Shown here one piece after another: positions 44,309-54,530 of a stretch of 64,000 nucleotides of DNA. How positions within the stretch are numbered: the first letter of the stretch is position 1; each line of letters begins with the position of its first letter. The notes under the pieces were generated by a model, which saw only the letters and a program-made list of their open reading frames with translations, was not told the DNA's origin and ran no database searches. Both the position numbers and the translations under genes were made by a program. Location: contig JBBTXG010000005.1 in the NCBI GenBank assembly GCA_038062375.1, positions 51,273 through 115,272 on the forward strand. The letters are read 5' to 3'. Origin of the DNA: Patescibacteria group bacterium. Lineage in GTDB: Bacteria; Patescibacteriota; Minisyncoccia; Minisyncoccales; UBA10102.

Positions 44309-44437
44309 TTTACCAGTGTCACTCCTTCATGGTGGCAGTCACCAATCCGGAGGTTTGGAACGGAGGGAAGTGAACCCACCCTTCGTCCCAATTCAGGGAT
44401 GGAATTTCGATGTTGTGGAGCGAGTGTCCCGCCCCAC
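44255..44437 (-). ncRNA. unclassified small RNA (~180 nt) with its own promoter and terminator
   Basis: Promoter TTGACA-17-TAGTAT lies upstream. GC-rich body with hairpins GGGACGAAGGG...CCCUCCGUUCC and GGUG-acugc-CACC, then a long terminator hairpin. The only ORF (71 aa) has no SD and an implausible sequence. Confidence 0.55.
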
Positions 44438-44444
44438 AAACAAT

Positions 44445-44473
44445 ATACTATCATATTCTTTTTATTTTGTCAA
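44445..44473 (-). promoter_or_regulatory. near-consensus sigma70 promoter overlapping the last codons of gatB
   Basis: Minus strand TTGACA-17 nt-TAGTAT. Confidence 0.6.
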
Positions 44474-45916
44474 GATTGAGGTGAGGAGCATGCGGGAGGT
44501 TTCGGGATTGGCCTTTCCGCGGCTGCGAGCCATCATTTGACCGACTAAAAACTGAAGGGCGTTTTGTCTGCCTTTTTTGTAGTCCTCTACTGCTTTGGGG
44601 TTTTGAGCAATCACCTCGCGAGCGATGCGGCCGAGCTCGTCTTCATCTATCACTTGGGCAAGATTCTTTTCTTCAATGATGTGAGAGGGATCACTTCCTT
44701 TGCCAAACATTTCTTTGAGAACAGTTTTTGCAACAGGGCTTGAAATCCTCTGCTCGTGGAGTAAAATAATGAGTTCTGCGAAGTTCTCTGGAGTAATAAG
44801 AAAATCTTCGCCTTCCACCGAAGCTCCTCGCAAAAGACCCAGAAGATCAGAAATGATGTAGTTTGCAGAGAGCCTGGTAAGTTTCTGGAGTCGCTCGGGA
44901 GAAAGACTGGGGCCAAGCTCGCTTATCACCTTCTCAAAATACTCCCCCAGATCTTTGTTTTGCACAAAAACCTCGATCTCTTTTTCGGAAAGATTGTACT
45001 CTTCCCGAAAGCGCTTTCTTTTTGGTCGAGGTAATTCGGGAATTTCAGCTCTCATTTCTTCAATCGATTCTTTAGAAAAATGGAGCGGCGGAATGTCTGG
45101 CTCGGGAAAATAGCGATATTCATGAGCAGATTCTTTTTCTCGTTGAGAAAAGGTCTCTCCCTTATTGTCATTCCATCCACGTGTTTCCTGTACTACTTTC
45201 TCTCCTGATTCCAACGCTTTTGTTTGCCGTTTGATTTCAAACTCGATTGCTCGTTCCACTGATCGAAAAGAGTTTAGGTTTTTCACTTCAACTTTTGTGC
45301 CTAGTTGTTCTTGTCCCTCTGGTTTCACCGATATATTTGCTTCCACGCGCATTTGCCCTTTTTCCATATCGGCATCTGACGCTCTGACATAACGCAGTAG
45401 AAGCTGAAGCTCTCTCGCAAACGCGCTCGCCTCTTTTGCAGAGGTGATGTCCGGTTCCGTTACTAACTCCATCAAAGGTATCCCCGCCCGATTAAAGTCC
45501 ACAAGCGAATAGTCCACACCTGGCGGATGAATGAGTTTGCCTGTATCTTCTTCCAGATGCACCCTCGTTATTCGAATGTCTCTTTCTCCAATCTTCAGTT
45601 TTCCCCCTTCGCATAAGGGCATATCATATTGGCTTATCTGATATCCTTTGGGAAGGTCGGGGTAAAAATAGTTTTTGCGGTCGAACTTTGATTTTTCAGG
45701 AATAGTGCAATCCAAAGCAAGCCCAACCTTAATTACCTTATGAATCGCCTCTTTGTTTGCGACAGGGAGTGTCCCCGGATGCCCCATACAAATGGGACAA
45801 ATGTTGACATTGGGATGCTTTTCTAAAGGATCGTTCACGCAAGAGCAAAACATCTTACTCTTCGTTTTGAGCTCCGCGTGGATCTCTAAACCTATGGTTG
45901 GGATATAATTTGCCAT
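44462..45916 (-). CDS. gatB: Asp/Glu-tRNA amidotransferase subunit B
   Basis: 484 aa. IGLEIHAELKTKSKMFCSC...NICPICMGHPGTLP. Confidence 0.96.
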   Translation of the reverse strand: MANYIPTIGLEIHAELKTKSKMFCSCVNDPLEKHPNVNICPICMGHPGTLPVANKEAIHKVIKVGLALDCTIPEKSKFDRKNYFYPDLPKGYQISQYDMPLCEGGKLKIGERDIRITRVHLEEDTGKLIHPPGVDYSLVDFNRAGIPLMELVTEPDITSAKEASAFARELQLLLRYVRASDADMEKGQMRVEANISVKPEGQEQLGTKVEVKNLNSFRSVERAIEFEIKRQTKALESGEKVVQETRGWNDNKGETFSQREKESAHEYRYFPEPDIPPLHFSKESIEEMRAEIPELPRPKRKRFREEYNLSEKEIEVFVQNKDLGEYFEKVISELGPSLSPERLQKLTRLSANYIISDLLGLLRGASVEGEDFLITPENFAELIILLHEQRISSPVAKTVLKEMFGKGSDPSHIIEEKNLAQVIDEDELGRIAREVIAQNPKAVEDYKKGRQNALQFLVGQMMARSRGKANPETSRMLLTSILTK

Positions 45917-46500
45917 ATTGTTTTTGCGACCTCTTCGATAGGTTGTTGACCGTCTATTACGTGTATATGTTGGAATTTTTTAGGAAGCGTTTCATACGCT
46001 TGCCAGATCTTTTCCATCTTTTGCTCCTCTTCGAAAAGCGTAAAGGGCTTTCCTCGCTTTCTAATGCGTTGAACGCATACCGCAGGCTTCACTCCAAGCA
46101 AAAACGTGACATCGGGAAGCAGGAAATCATTTTGGAGGACAATGAGGTCTTGAGGGCGAGCGCCTGCCACGCTCCCAAAAGCAAGGCTCGAAAATACATA
46201 ACGGTCGCACACCACCCATACTCCTTTTTGGAGCGCCGGGACAATGGTTTTTTCAAGATGCTCCTTGCGGTCTTGAGCGAAAAGGCGCTGCAGTTCAAGG
46301 GAATCGAGAACTTCTTTCTTGTCTAACACATTCCGAATGTGTTTTCCAGCTTCAGATTCGAGAGTCGGCTCTTTGGTAATGACGACTTCCCTTCCTGCTT
46401 TTTGAAGCGCGGCCGCGAGTATGCTTGCCTGCGTGGTCTGGCCCGAACCATCCAACCCCTCCAGCACAATAAATTTTCCTGGATACGGATTTTTTTGCAT
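45892..46500 (-). CDS. tmk: thymidylate kinase
   Basis: ATG MQKNPYPGKFIVLEGLDGSGQTTQ (P-loop). Its start overlaps the upstream stop codon as TAATG. Confidence 0.9.
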   Translation of the reverse strand: MQKNPYPGKFIVLEGLDGSGQTTQASILAAALQKAGREVVITKEPTLESEAGKHIRNVLDKKEVLDSLELQRLFAQDRKEHLEKTIVPALQKGVWVVCDRYVFSSLAFGSVAGARPQDLIVLQNDFLLPDVTFLLGVKPAVCVQRIRKRGKPFTLFEEEQKMEKIWQAYETLPKKFQHIHVIDGQQPIEEVAKTIWQIISQP

Positions 46501-47039
46501 TATACTTGGGTTTCTTTTTGGTTGGTGGTAACGCGGCCGCCTTGCCATTGGCCGCGATAAAGATTGCTCTCGCCCTTCACCTCAAAAAACATGATGTGCA
46601 CGACGCGAGCTCCCATTTCCAAGCGAAAGTTGGTATCGCGGAAGTTATACACGCCCATATTCAATCCTCCTTGGTATCCCGGAGGCACTTGCCCGCCGAA
46701 AACATACACGCCAGAACGAAAAAGCGTGGAACGCGGAGTCATGAGTGCCAGCAGATTCTCTGGCATATTCACGTCTTCCACGGTCTTGAGCAGATAATAG
46801 GTTTGCGGCTGAAGCTGAACCTCTACGGTTTTGTTCTCATCGTACTTTGCCAGGAGTTTCATGTCAGGGGTTTGCCGTTCGCTCACGCCAAGAAACCCTT
46901 GGCCTGAAATTTCATATAACTCCCCTATTCTCAAATCAAATCCTGCGCCTTCGGGATTTTCCAGCTCTCGTTGAGAGAGATTCGTTACGAGATTCTTTTC
47001 TCGCACCAATTGATGAAGTTCTTTTATACCGAGAACCAT
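46500..47039 (-). CDS. dCTP deaminase/dUTPase-superfamily protein (second paralogue)
   Basis: 179 aa. GAGFDLRIGELYE and GGQVPPGYQGGLNMGVYNF...VVHIMFFEV resemble Dcd/Dut beta-barrel motifs. Confidence 0.6.
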   Translation of the reverse strand: MVLGIKELHQLVREKNLVTNLSQRELENPEGAGFDLRIGELYEISGQGFLGVSERQTPDMKLLAKYDENKTVEVQLQPQTYYLLKTVEDVNMPENLLALMTPRSTLFRSGVYVFGGQVPPGYQGGLNMGVYNFRDTNFRLEMGARVVHIMFFEVKGESNLYRGQWQGGRVTTNQKETQV

Positions 47040-47040
47040 G

Positions 47041-47538
47041 CTAAGAATTTATTACTTTGTATTCCAATAAAACCGCATGTTCTCCCAACTTTTCCATCGA
47101 TACAAGCTGAAGTTTCGCATCAAGCTCTTTATTGAACAATGTCATGCCCTTGCCAAACAAGACTGGCTCTATGGTGAGATACAGGGTATCCACCACCCCT
47201 GCTTGCATAAACATGGTGTAAATGGTGGCGCCTCCGCAAATCGCAACCTCATGATAGCCACGCGTCTCGAGATCTTGTAAAAGTTCTCTAGGTTCTTTCT
47301 GCGTAACCTCCACTCCTTCGTATGTCTTATCCCTAGAGTATACGATATTGAGTCTTTCTGGCAATGGTTTTCCAATGGTTTCATAGGTATTCTGCCCAAA
47401 TACTACGACTCCTGCCTGTTTAGTCCTCTGGCTAAAAAACAACTTATCTGCCTTGCTCGTCCATTCCATGGGAGTATGTGCAGCATTCTTTGCGATAAAC
47501 CCGTCTGCTGTAAGGGCCGCTATGATGAAAATTTTCAT
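47041..47538 (-). CDS. folA: dihydrofolate reductase
   Basis: 165 aa. [16 protein letters not shown]...[25 protein letters not shown]. Confidence 0.75.
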   Translation of the reverse strand: MKIFIIAALTADGFIAKNAAHTPMEWTSKADKLFFSQRTKQAGVVVFGQNTYETIGKPLPERLNIVYSRDKTYEGVEVTQKEPRELLQDLETRGYHEVAICGGATIYTMFMQAGVVDTLYLTIEPVLFGKGMTLFNKELDAKLQLVSMEKLGEHAVLLEYKVINS

Positions 47539-47540
47539 TG

Positions 47541-47549
47541 TGGTATAGT
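47541..47549 (+). promoter_or_regulatory. extended -10 promoter giving a leaderless thyA mRNA
   Basis: TGgTATAGT, then 6 nt, then the ATG at 47556. No SD sequence. Confidence 0.4.
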
Positions 47550-47555
47550 ATCATA

Positions 47556-48524
47556 ATGCATCCCGAATACCAATATCTTAATCTCCTTCAGGATATCCTT
47601 GAAAACGGCGCTATCAAGCACGAATATAACACCGGCATTGAAGAAAAAAGCGTGTTTGGACGTCAGATTCGTTTTGACTTATCGCAAGGCTTCCCCTTAC
47701 TAACAACCAAAAAAGTTTTTACACGCGGCATTATAGTAGAACTGCTCTGGTTTTTGCAGGGGAATTCAAATATAAAGTATTTGGTTGATAACAATGTTCA
47801 TATCTGGGATGAATGGGCGTTCCGCATTTTTACCGATGCAAAAAACGGTAAATGGTACGGAAAAGAGCGACCATTAACAGAAGAAGAAAAATCAATACAG
47901 GACCAAGCTGTCTTTATTCAAAAGATAAAAGAAGATGATGCGTTTGCAAAAGAATGGGGTGATATTTTAACGGTGTATGGGCGCATGTGGCGAAAGTGGC
48001 CGGGCAAAGACCACACCATTGACCAAATTGCCTGGGTCATTGAAAAATTGAAAAAATCCCCGGACAGGAGGCATGCAGTGGTCTCTGCATGGAACCCCGA
48101 CTTTATTTATGAAATGGCAAGCAAAGAGCATGCAAGGCCGGTACCCCCTTTCTGCCACACCATGTTTCACTTCAACGTTCTTGATGGTAGGCTTTCGTGC
48201 TTACTCTATCAACGTTCTGCCGACATGTTCTTGGGCGTACCTTTCAACATCGCGAGCTACGCCCTCCTGACTTCGATGGTTGCCCAGGTCACCGGATATC
48301 CTCCGGGAGAATTCATCCATGTCTTCGGAGATACCCATATTTACAGCAATCATTATGAACAAGTGAAAGAACAGTTGAAACGAGAGCCGCGGCCATTTCC
48401 AAAACTGGTGCTCAATCCTGCAATACAAAACATCGACGCATTCACGTTCGACGATATCAACATCGAAGGGTACAATCCACATCCTCCCATTAAAGGAGAG
48501 GTTACCGTTGTAGGAGGATTTTAA
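47556..48524 (+). CDS. thyA: thymidylate synthase (ThyA, long form with insert)
   Basis: [18 protein letters not shown]...FGRQIRFDL...[12 protein letters not shown] (catalytic Cys)...DTHIYSNH. Confidence 0.95.
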   Translation: MHPEYQYLNLLQDILENGAIKHEYNTGIEEKSVFGRQIRFDLSQGFPLLTTKKVFTRGIIVELLWFLQGNSNIKYLVDNNVHIWDEWAFRIFTDAKNGKWYGKERPLTEEEKSIQDQAVFIQKIKEDDAFAKEWGDILTVYGRMWRKWPGKDHTIDQIAWVIEKLKKSPDRRHAVVSAWNPDFIYEMASKEHARPVPPFCHTMFHFNVLDGRLSCLLYQRSADMFLGVPFNIASYALLTSMVAQVTGYPPGEFIHVFGDTHIYSNHYEQVKEQLKREPRPFPKLVLNPAIQNIDAFTFDDINIEGYNPHPPIKGEVTVVGGF

Positions 48525-49096
48525 CGGAGTTCTTGGTTTATCTTGCTTGCTTGAGGTTTTTCTTGACCGGCGTATTTTCTCTTTTCGCTTTTACTGTAGG
48601 ATTCTTGAGCAGGGCTTGAGAGCGTCTCAAAAGTGAGCGCGCAAATCCTCATTCCGGTGTAGAGCACCACGGGCATAATTCCCAAGTTCCCCAGCTCCAT
48701 CACTGCTTTTCCCGACCAACCAGGGTCAAATCGTGCTGCAGTGGAGTGCACCACAACTCCTAACCGCCCCAACGAGCTTCTTCCGTCAAGACGCGCCATG
48801 AGATCAAGGGGAAGAATAAAACTCTCTTTCGTGACCGCGAGAGCGAAGTCTTTTGGTTGTAAAATAAAAGGACTGTTTTCTTCTCCCGTAGTAATTTCTT
48901 CCATAATGTCCTCCATATTGACTGACCGCTTGAGATCGAGGTATGGATACTGCGACGGCTTGAATACCTTAAACACATTCCCGAGATGAAGATCAAGAGA
49001 ACAAGGACCGAGCTGTTCCTCAAGATTTGGACTCGGGAAGACCTGGATTTTTCCTTCTGTAATGTGCGAGATGATGTCTCGATCTGAAAGAATCAT
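48521..49096 (-). CDS. dcd: dCTP deaminase
   Basis: [15 protein letters not shown]... and [25 protein letters not shown]. Confidence 0.88.
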   Translation of the reverse strand: MILSDRDIISHITEGKIQVFPSPNLEEQLGPCSLDLHLGNVFKVFKPSQYPYLDLKRSVNMEDIMEEITTGEENSPFILQPKDFALAVTKESFILPLDLMARLDGRSSLGRLGVVVHSTAARFDPGWSGKAVMELGNLGIMPVVLYTGMRICALTFETLSSPAQESYSKSEKRKYAGQEKPQASKINQELR

Positions 49097-49106
49097 AAAT
49101 GGAAAG

Positions 49107-49529
49107 TTATTCCACGGTAATGCCCAAACTTTTTGCTGTCCCCTCAATTGTTTTCATGGCTTTTTCGATGTCCCCGGTATTTAGATCTTCGATCTTTTTT
49201 TCTGCGATCTCTTTCAGTTGAGCCCTCGTGATTGCTCCCACCCTCTTTTCGTTTGGAGTTCCCGATCCCTTTTCGATGCCAGCAGCTTTCTTGAGCAGTT
49301 CCGATGCTGGCGGCTCATGAAGTTTGAACGCATACGTTCGGTCCTCGTACACCGTAATATCTACGGGGATCTTAAACCCTCGTTTTTCCTTCGTTGCTTC
49401 GTTAAACTTTTGACAGAACTCTCCGATATTTACTCCGTGCTGCGCCAGAGCCGGCCCTACGGGAGGAGCAGGCGTTGCCTCTCCTGCCTTAATATGTAAT
49501 TTTATGAGTGTCTTGATCTTCTTTGCCAT
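49107..49529 (-). CDS. rplK: 50S ribosomal protein L11
   Basis: [35 protein letters not shown]. Confidence 0.96.
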   Translation of the reverse strand: MAKKIKTLIKLHIKAGEATPAPPVGPALAQHGVNIGEFCQKFNEATKEKRGFKIPVDITVYEDRTYAFKLHEPPASELLKKAAGIEKGSGTPNEKRVGAITRAQLKEIAEKKIEDLNTGDIEKAMKTIEGTAKSLGITVE

Positions 49530-49531
49530 GG

Positions 49532-50077
49532 TTATACTTTCTTTATTTGCAAGGAATCTAACTCTACGGGCGTGTCGCGGCCAAACATATTCACAAGCAC
49601 TTTCACCTTGCCTCGAGCTTCATCGACTTCTGATACCTTTCCATCAAAATCCTTGAATGGGCCATCGATAATCTTTACTGAATCTCCTGGTTCTGCTTCA
49701 ATCTGGTACTGGGGAACTTCCATGCCCATTCGCTTCTGAAGACTCTCAATTTCTTCTCGAGATATCGCCACTGGAATGGTCCCCGATCCTACGAATCCAG
49801 TAACGTTAGGAGTATTCCTTACCACGTACCACGAATCATCCGTTACAATCATTTCCACCAGCACATACCCAGGATAAATTTTCTCTTCTATGATCTTTCG
49901 TTTGCCATTCTTAATTTTAATCTTTTTTTCTTTCGGTACAATAACCTGAAAAATCTTGTCTCCCACATCCAAAGACTCAATCCTCTGCCGAAGATTCCTT
50001 GCAACCGCATCTTCGTATCCTGAATAGGTATGAATGACATACCAACTCCGCTCTTGTACTGATTGCTGTTTTGCCAT
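49532..50077 (-). CDS. nusG: transcription termination/antitermination factor NusG
   Basis: [14 protein letters not shown]... NGN domain and C-terminal KOW domain ([18 protein letters not shown]). Confidence 0.95.
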   Translation of the reverse strand: MAKQQSVQERSWYVIHTYSGYEDAVARNLRQRIESLDVGDKIFQVIVPKEKKIKIKNGKRKIIEEKIYPGYVLVEMIVTDDSWYVVRNTPNVTGFVGSGTIPVAISREEIESLQKRMGMEVPQYQIEAEPGDSVKIIDGPFKDFDGKVSEVDEARGKVKVLVNMFGRDTPVELDSLQIKKV

Positions 50078-50094
50078 GGATACGCTTTGATTTT

Positions 50095-50307
50095 TTATGT
50101 TGCTATAAATTTCTCTAGCAATAACTGAAAAATAAAGTCAAAGATGCTCAAGAAAATTGCTACTGCAACAGAAAAAACAACGACAATGAGAGTATCCTTG
50201 ATCGTTTGCTCTTTTGTGGGCCAGTTTACCTTCTTTGTTTCGAGTCTCACCTCTTTTAAAAAGCTCAATAATCTTGAAAAGAGATTGATTGGATTTATAA
50301 CTTTCAT
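50095..50307 (-). CDS. secE: preprotein translocase subunit SecE
   Basis: ATG MKVINPINLFSRLLSFLKEVRLETKKVNWPTKEQT plus one TM helix. secE-nusG-rplK gene order. Confidence 0.85.
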   Translation of the reverse strand: MKVINPINLFSRLLSFLKEVRLETKKVNWPTKEQTIKDTLIVVVFSVAVAIFLSIFDFIFQLLLEKFIAT

Positions 50308-50400
50308 AAGTTCCTCAGAGCTTAAAAAGGCCTCTCGGGCCACTCTGCATATCCCACTATAGAATTTTGCGAAAAATAAGTCAACCCTGCTTGGGAAATC

Positions 50401-52434
50401 CTAAATGTCAAGGTTCTTGACGGATTTGGCGTAGGTTTGGATGAATTTCTTGCGCGGCAACACCTCGTCGCCCATGAGAATGTCAAAGGTTCGATCTGCC
50501 TCTTTAACATTTTGAATCGTAACTTGCAAAAGAATTCTGTTTTGAGGATTCATCGTGGTCTCCCAGAGCTGATCGGGATTCATTTCTCCCAATCCTTTGT
50601 ATCGCTGGATATTTAATCCAGAAATTTTCTGCTCCTTTTCTTCTTGCATCTCCTCTCCTTCTTCCTCGGGTGCATGTTTCTTTGCCGACTCTTTTTTTGT
50701 TGGCTGTTGTTTTTGCTTCTTGACCTCCTGGAGAATTTGATTTTTTTCTCCTTCGTTATACGCATACCGTACTTCTTTTCCTATTTGCATTCGGTATAAG
50801 GGCGGCTGGGCAATATAGAGGTAACCTCCTTCGATCAGCGGTTTGAAGTATCGATAAAAAAGGGTAAGAACGAGGGTACGAATGTGGTTCCCGTCCGAAT
50901 CAGCATCGGCCATTATAATAATTCGATGATATCTCAATTTTCCCATATCAAAATCTTCTGCGATAGCAGTTCCCAGGGCAATCACGAGCGAACGGATTTC
51001 TTTGGAGGCAAGAATTTTGTCGAGTCGAGCCCTTTCGACGTTTAAGATTTTTCCGCGTAAAGGCAAAATCGCTTGGAACCTCCGATCGCGACCCATCTTA
51101 CTCGATCCACCGGCACTCTCCCCTTCGACGATGTAAAGCTCTGATTCTGCGGGATCTCGAGAGTTGCAATCCGCAAGCTTTCCAGGGAGAGCCAATCCTT
51201 CTAAAATGCCTTTTCGCAAAACTGTCTGGCGTGCCGCTTTCGCTGCTTTTCTTGCCTTTGATGCCAAAAAACATTTTTCGATAATTGCTCTTGCATCTTG
51301 AGGATTTCGTTCCAGAAAATCGGTTAATGCTTCTGACACGACCGCCTCTACTGCTGATTTTGCTTCTGGATTTCCCAACTTCGCTTTCGTCTGTCCTTCA
51401 AACTGCGGATCTCGCAGTTTCACGGAAACCACCGCGGTCAATCCTTCGCGTACATCATCGCCGGTCAAGGAATCCTCATCGCCCTTCAGAAAATTATTTT
51501 TCTTAGCGTATTCATTCAGCATGCGAGTTAACGCGGAGCGAAAACCAGTAATGTGAGTGCCTCCTTGGGCGTTGTGGATATTGTTCGCAAATCCTTCCTC
51601 ATAGATCTCAAATTCCTCGGTATATCTCATTGCGACTTCTACAAGAATTCCATCTCTTTCTCCTTTCGCGTAAAAAATATTCTCGTGCTTGGCAGGAGAG
51701 CCATGCGTAAGATACTTCACATACGAAGCAACTCCACCTTCAAAATAGAATCCATAGGCATGCTTCTCTTTTTCTCTTGCATCAACAAACATGATATGCA
51801 CCCCCGAGGTAAGATATGCTTGCTGGCGTAAATGCTGAAGAATTATCTTTTCCTCGAACGCAATTTCCTTGAAAACTTCGGGGTCAGGTTCAAACACCAC
51901 GGTAGTTCCCGTGCCCCTGCAAGAACCAACTCTCTTTACTTGAGATTTCGGTTTGCCTCTCATATATTCTTGCTGATATTTCGCGCCATCCCTGCACACC
52001 TCTACTCGTAAGTATCGAGACAAAGCGTTTACCACCGAAACTCCTACTCCATGAAGTCCGCCTGAAACCTTGTACGCTCCGCTTCCAAATTTTGCACCCG
52101 CGTGCAGCATCGTCATGACGGTCTCCAATGTTGATTTTTTTGTCTGGGGGTGTTTTTCTACGGGGATTCCCCGGCCATCATCGACAACTTTCACTTGATT
52201 ATTTGGCAACAACGAAATTTCGATATTCTTTGCATACCCTATCATCGCCTCGTCTATCGAGTTATCAAGAACCTCCCAAACAAGATGATGTAATCCGTCA
52301 GGACCCGTAGAGCCAATATACATGCCAGGGCGCTTGCGCACCGGTTCTAACCCTTCCAGCACCTGGATATCTTTTGCGCCATAATCTGAAGATAGGGTTT
52401 GTTTTTTTCTTTGGGGCATAATGTTATGCAACAT
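50401..52434 (-). CDS. gyrB: DNA gyrase subunit B
   Basis: ATG at 52434 preceded by AGGAGctcgt. YGAKDIQVLEGLEPVRKRPGMYIG...QRYKGLGEM. Confidence 0.96.
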   Translation of the reverse strand: MLHNIMPQRKKQTLSSDYGAKDIQVLEGLEPVRKRPGMYIGSTGPDGLHHLVWEVLDNSIDEAMIGYAKNIEISLLPNNQVKVVDDGRGIPVEKHPQTKKSTLETVMTMLHAGAKFGSGAYKVSGGLHGVGVSVVNALSRYLRVEVCRDGAKYQQEYMRGKPKSQVKRVGSCRGTGTTVVFEPDPEVFKEIAFEEKIILQHLRQQAYLTSGVHIMFVDAREKEKHAYGFYFEGGVASYVKYLTHGSPAKHENIFYAKGERDGILVEVAMRYTEEFEIYEEGFANNIHNAQGGTHITGFRSALTRMLNEYAKKNNFLKGDEDSLTGDDVREGLTAVVSVKLRDPQFEGQTKAKLGNPEAKSAVEAVVSEALTDFLERNPQDARAIIEKCFLASKARKAAKAARQTVLRKGILEGLALPGKLADCNSRDPAESELYIVEGESAGGSSKMGRDRRFQAILPLRGKILNVERARLDKILASKEIRSLVIALGTAIAEDFDMGKLRYHRIIIMADADSDGNHIRTLVLTLFYRYFKPLIEGGYLYIAQPPLYRMQIGKEVRYAYNEGEKNQILQEVKKQKQQPTKKESAKKHAPEEEGEEMQEEKEQKISGLNIQRYKGLGEMNPDQLWETTMNPQNRILLQVTIQNVKEADRTFDILMGDEVLPRKKFIQTYAKSVKNLDI

Positions 52435-52442
52435 ACGAGCTC

Positions 52443-54515
52443 CTATGTACGGACTTCCCACTCGACGTTTTCTTCGATCGCCTGAATTATTTTATCGTGC
52501 AATGCATCAACCTCTTTTAATGTGAGTGTTCGATCTTCTGCCTGATATACAATATGAAATGCGAGGTTTTTCTTTCCTTCTGGAATCCCCTCTCCTTCAT
52601 ACATATCAAATAAGTCGGTGTCTTTTACCAAAGATCCTCCCGCAATCTCCACGACGTTCAAAACTTCGGCAATTCGCGTGTGCGTCGGAACCAACAAGGC
52701 AATATCTCTCCTCACCGGAGGAAATTTCAAGGGAGATTCGTACTCCTTTCCTTCCAATGCGAGCCCAACGAGCTTTGCAAGATCAATGTGAAAAGCCGCA
52801 ACCCGCCGGAAAATCTTGAGACCAGAAAGGATGGAAGGGGAAATCTCCCCGAGAAAGCCGATTTCTTCATCTCCTGATTTGATTTCCGCCGTTTTCCCTT
52901 TATGCCATAAAACATTCCTGCTCTCTTCTGGGGTAGGCAGATATTCATCATACCACACATCTCCAATCCCTAATCGTTCAAAGAGAAAATCGATAATCCC
53001 TTTAAGTTCATAAAACTCTCTGTTGGCATCCTTCTCTCTTCTTTCACCGCCAACGATCACTCCGCCTACCATGTAGTTTTCGTATATTTCCTTGAATGAT
53101 CGCTGGAACACTTTTCCAATCTCAAACATCCGCATCTCCTCGAATCTCCGTGCATTTGTCTGAACGTTCTTCAAAAGATTCTCTACCAAAGAATCTCGAA
53201 GATACTTGAATTCTTCGCTCACCGGATTTGCCAACTCCACGAGTTTCTTTTTTTCTTTCTCGGAGTATTGAAATCCAAGAAGGTCGTGCTCACCCATAAA
53301 GGAATAATTATACACCTCCGTCATTCCCGCTTCTTTTAACGTATCCTGCAGCATCTCTCGCCAGAAAAGCTCTGCATTGCGTTCTGGCAGAGTAAGAGCT
53401 GCTGTTGGAAGCGTGTCTGGAATTTTTTCATATCCATAGATCCTGCCGATTTCCTCGATAAGGTCTTGGGAAGTTTCCAAATCCATCCTACGGGTGGCAA
53501 TCTCTACTTCCATCGTATTCCTCGTGTTTGAAAAGTCTCGAATGGTGCACCCAAGCGCGGCAAACATCCTTCGTATTTCTTTCAAAGAGATCGAAACACC
53601 CAACAACGATTCTGCCTCCTTTACGTCAAACACGATGCGTTTGGCGAAAATCTTCCTCGGATAGATATCAATAAACTGCACCACCCTTCCTTGTACCCCA
53701 AGCTCTTCAAACAACGCAAGAGCTCGCTGCAATGCTTCTTTGGCGAGATTTGGATCAATGCCATGGCTATAGATATCAGCTGCTTGGCTGGTATATCCTA
53801 ACTGTTTTTTTGCTTTATAGATTGCTTGGGCTTCAAAATTTGCGGCTTGAAGCACAATGTTTTTCGTCGCAGAGGAAATCGCGCTTGCCTTCCCTCCTTT
53901 CATGCCTGCCAAATCGATCAACCCCTCGGAGTCCTCGATCACGAGTACTCCTTGGGGCAATGCAAGTATTTGATCGTCTAGCGTCTCAATCTTTTCTTCC
54001 TCCTTTGATACTCGTATCTCCATCTCATGGTCTTTGATTGTATCATAATCAAATGCGTGCAAGGGTTGCCCAAGTTCGAGCATCACATAGTTCGTAACAT
54101 CTACCACATTATTGATGGAATTCACCCCAAGAGCTCCGAGTCTTTTCTTCATCCAATCAGGAGATTTTCCTATGCGGACGTTTTCAATGAGAAACGCGGC
54201 GTAGCGAGGCACCAACCGCGCATTTTCAATGGAGATCTTCAGAGGAGTCAATGTCTCTTTTTGTAATTTGATTGCTTGCATTTTCAACGGGGTTAATCTC
54301 ATGGGCGTGATTGCCGCGATTTCTCTGGCAATCCCAACATGACTCAAGCAGTCAGCTCGATTGGGCAATACTGCAATATCAAAAACCCAATCATTTTTTA
54401 CTTTTCTAACACCCTCCACCTCAAAGGCGTGCATCGTCAAAAGTTCTGCCAATCTATCTGGTTTGGGTAATCTCTCTTTGAAAAATTGTTGGAGCCAGTT
54501 GTAGGAAAATAACAT
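52443..54515 (-). CDS. pheT: phenylalanyl-tRNA synthetase beta subunit
   Basis: 690 aa. MLFSYNWLQQF start, B3/4 and B5 regions, C-terminal FDX-ACB-like end. Confidence 0.93.
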   Translation of the reverse strand: MLFSYNWLQQFFKERLPKPDRLAELLTMHAFEVEGVRKVKNDWVFDIAVLPNRADCLSHVGIAREIAAITPMRLTPLKMQAIKLQKETLTPLKISIENARLVPRYAAFLIENVRIGKSPDWMKKRLGALGVNSINNVVDVTNYVMLELGQPLHAFDYDTIKDHEMEIRVSKEEEKIETLDDQILALPQGVLVIEDSEGLIDLAGMKGGKASAISSATKNIVLQAANFEAQAIYKAKKQLGYTSQAADIYSHGIDPNLAKEALQRALALFEELGVQGRVVQFIDIYPRKIFAKRIVFDVKEAESLLGVSISLKEIRRMFAALGCTIRDFSNTRNTMEVEIATRRMDLETSQDLIEEIGRIYGYEKIPDTLPTAALTLPERNAELFWREMLQDTLKEAGMTEVYNYSFMGEHDLLGFQYSEKEKKKLVELANPVSEEFKYLRDSLVENLLKNVQTNARRFEEMRMFEIGKVFQRSFKEIYENYMVGGVIVGGERREKDANREFYELKGIIDFLFERLGIGDVWYDEYLPTPEESRNVLWHKGKTAEIKSGDEEIGFLGEISPSILSGLKIFRRVAAFHIDLAKLVGLALEGKEYESPLKFPPVRRDIALLVPTHTRIAEVLNVVEIAGGSLVKDTDLFDMYEGEGIPEGKKNLAFHIVYQAEDRTLTLKEVDALHDKIIQAIEENVEWEVRT

Positions 54516-54530
54516 ACGAGATGTACAGCT

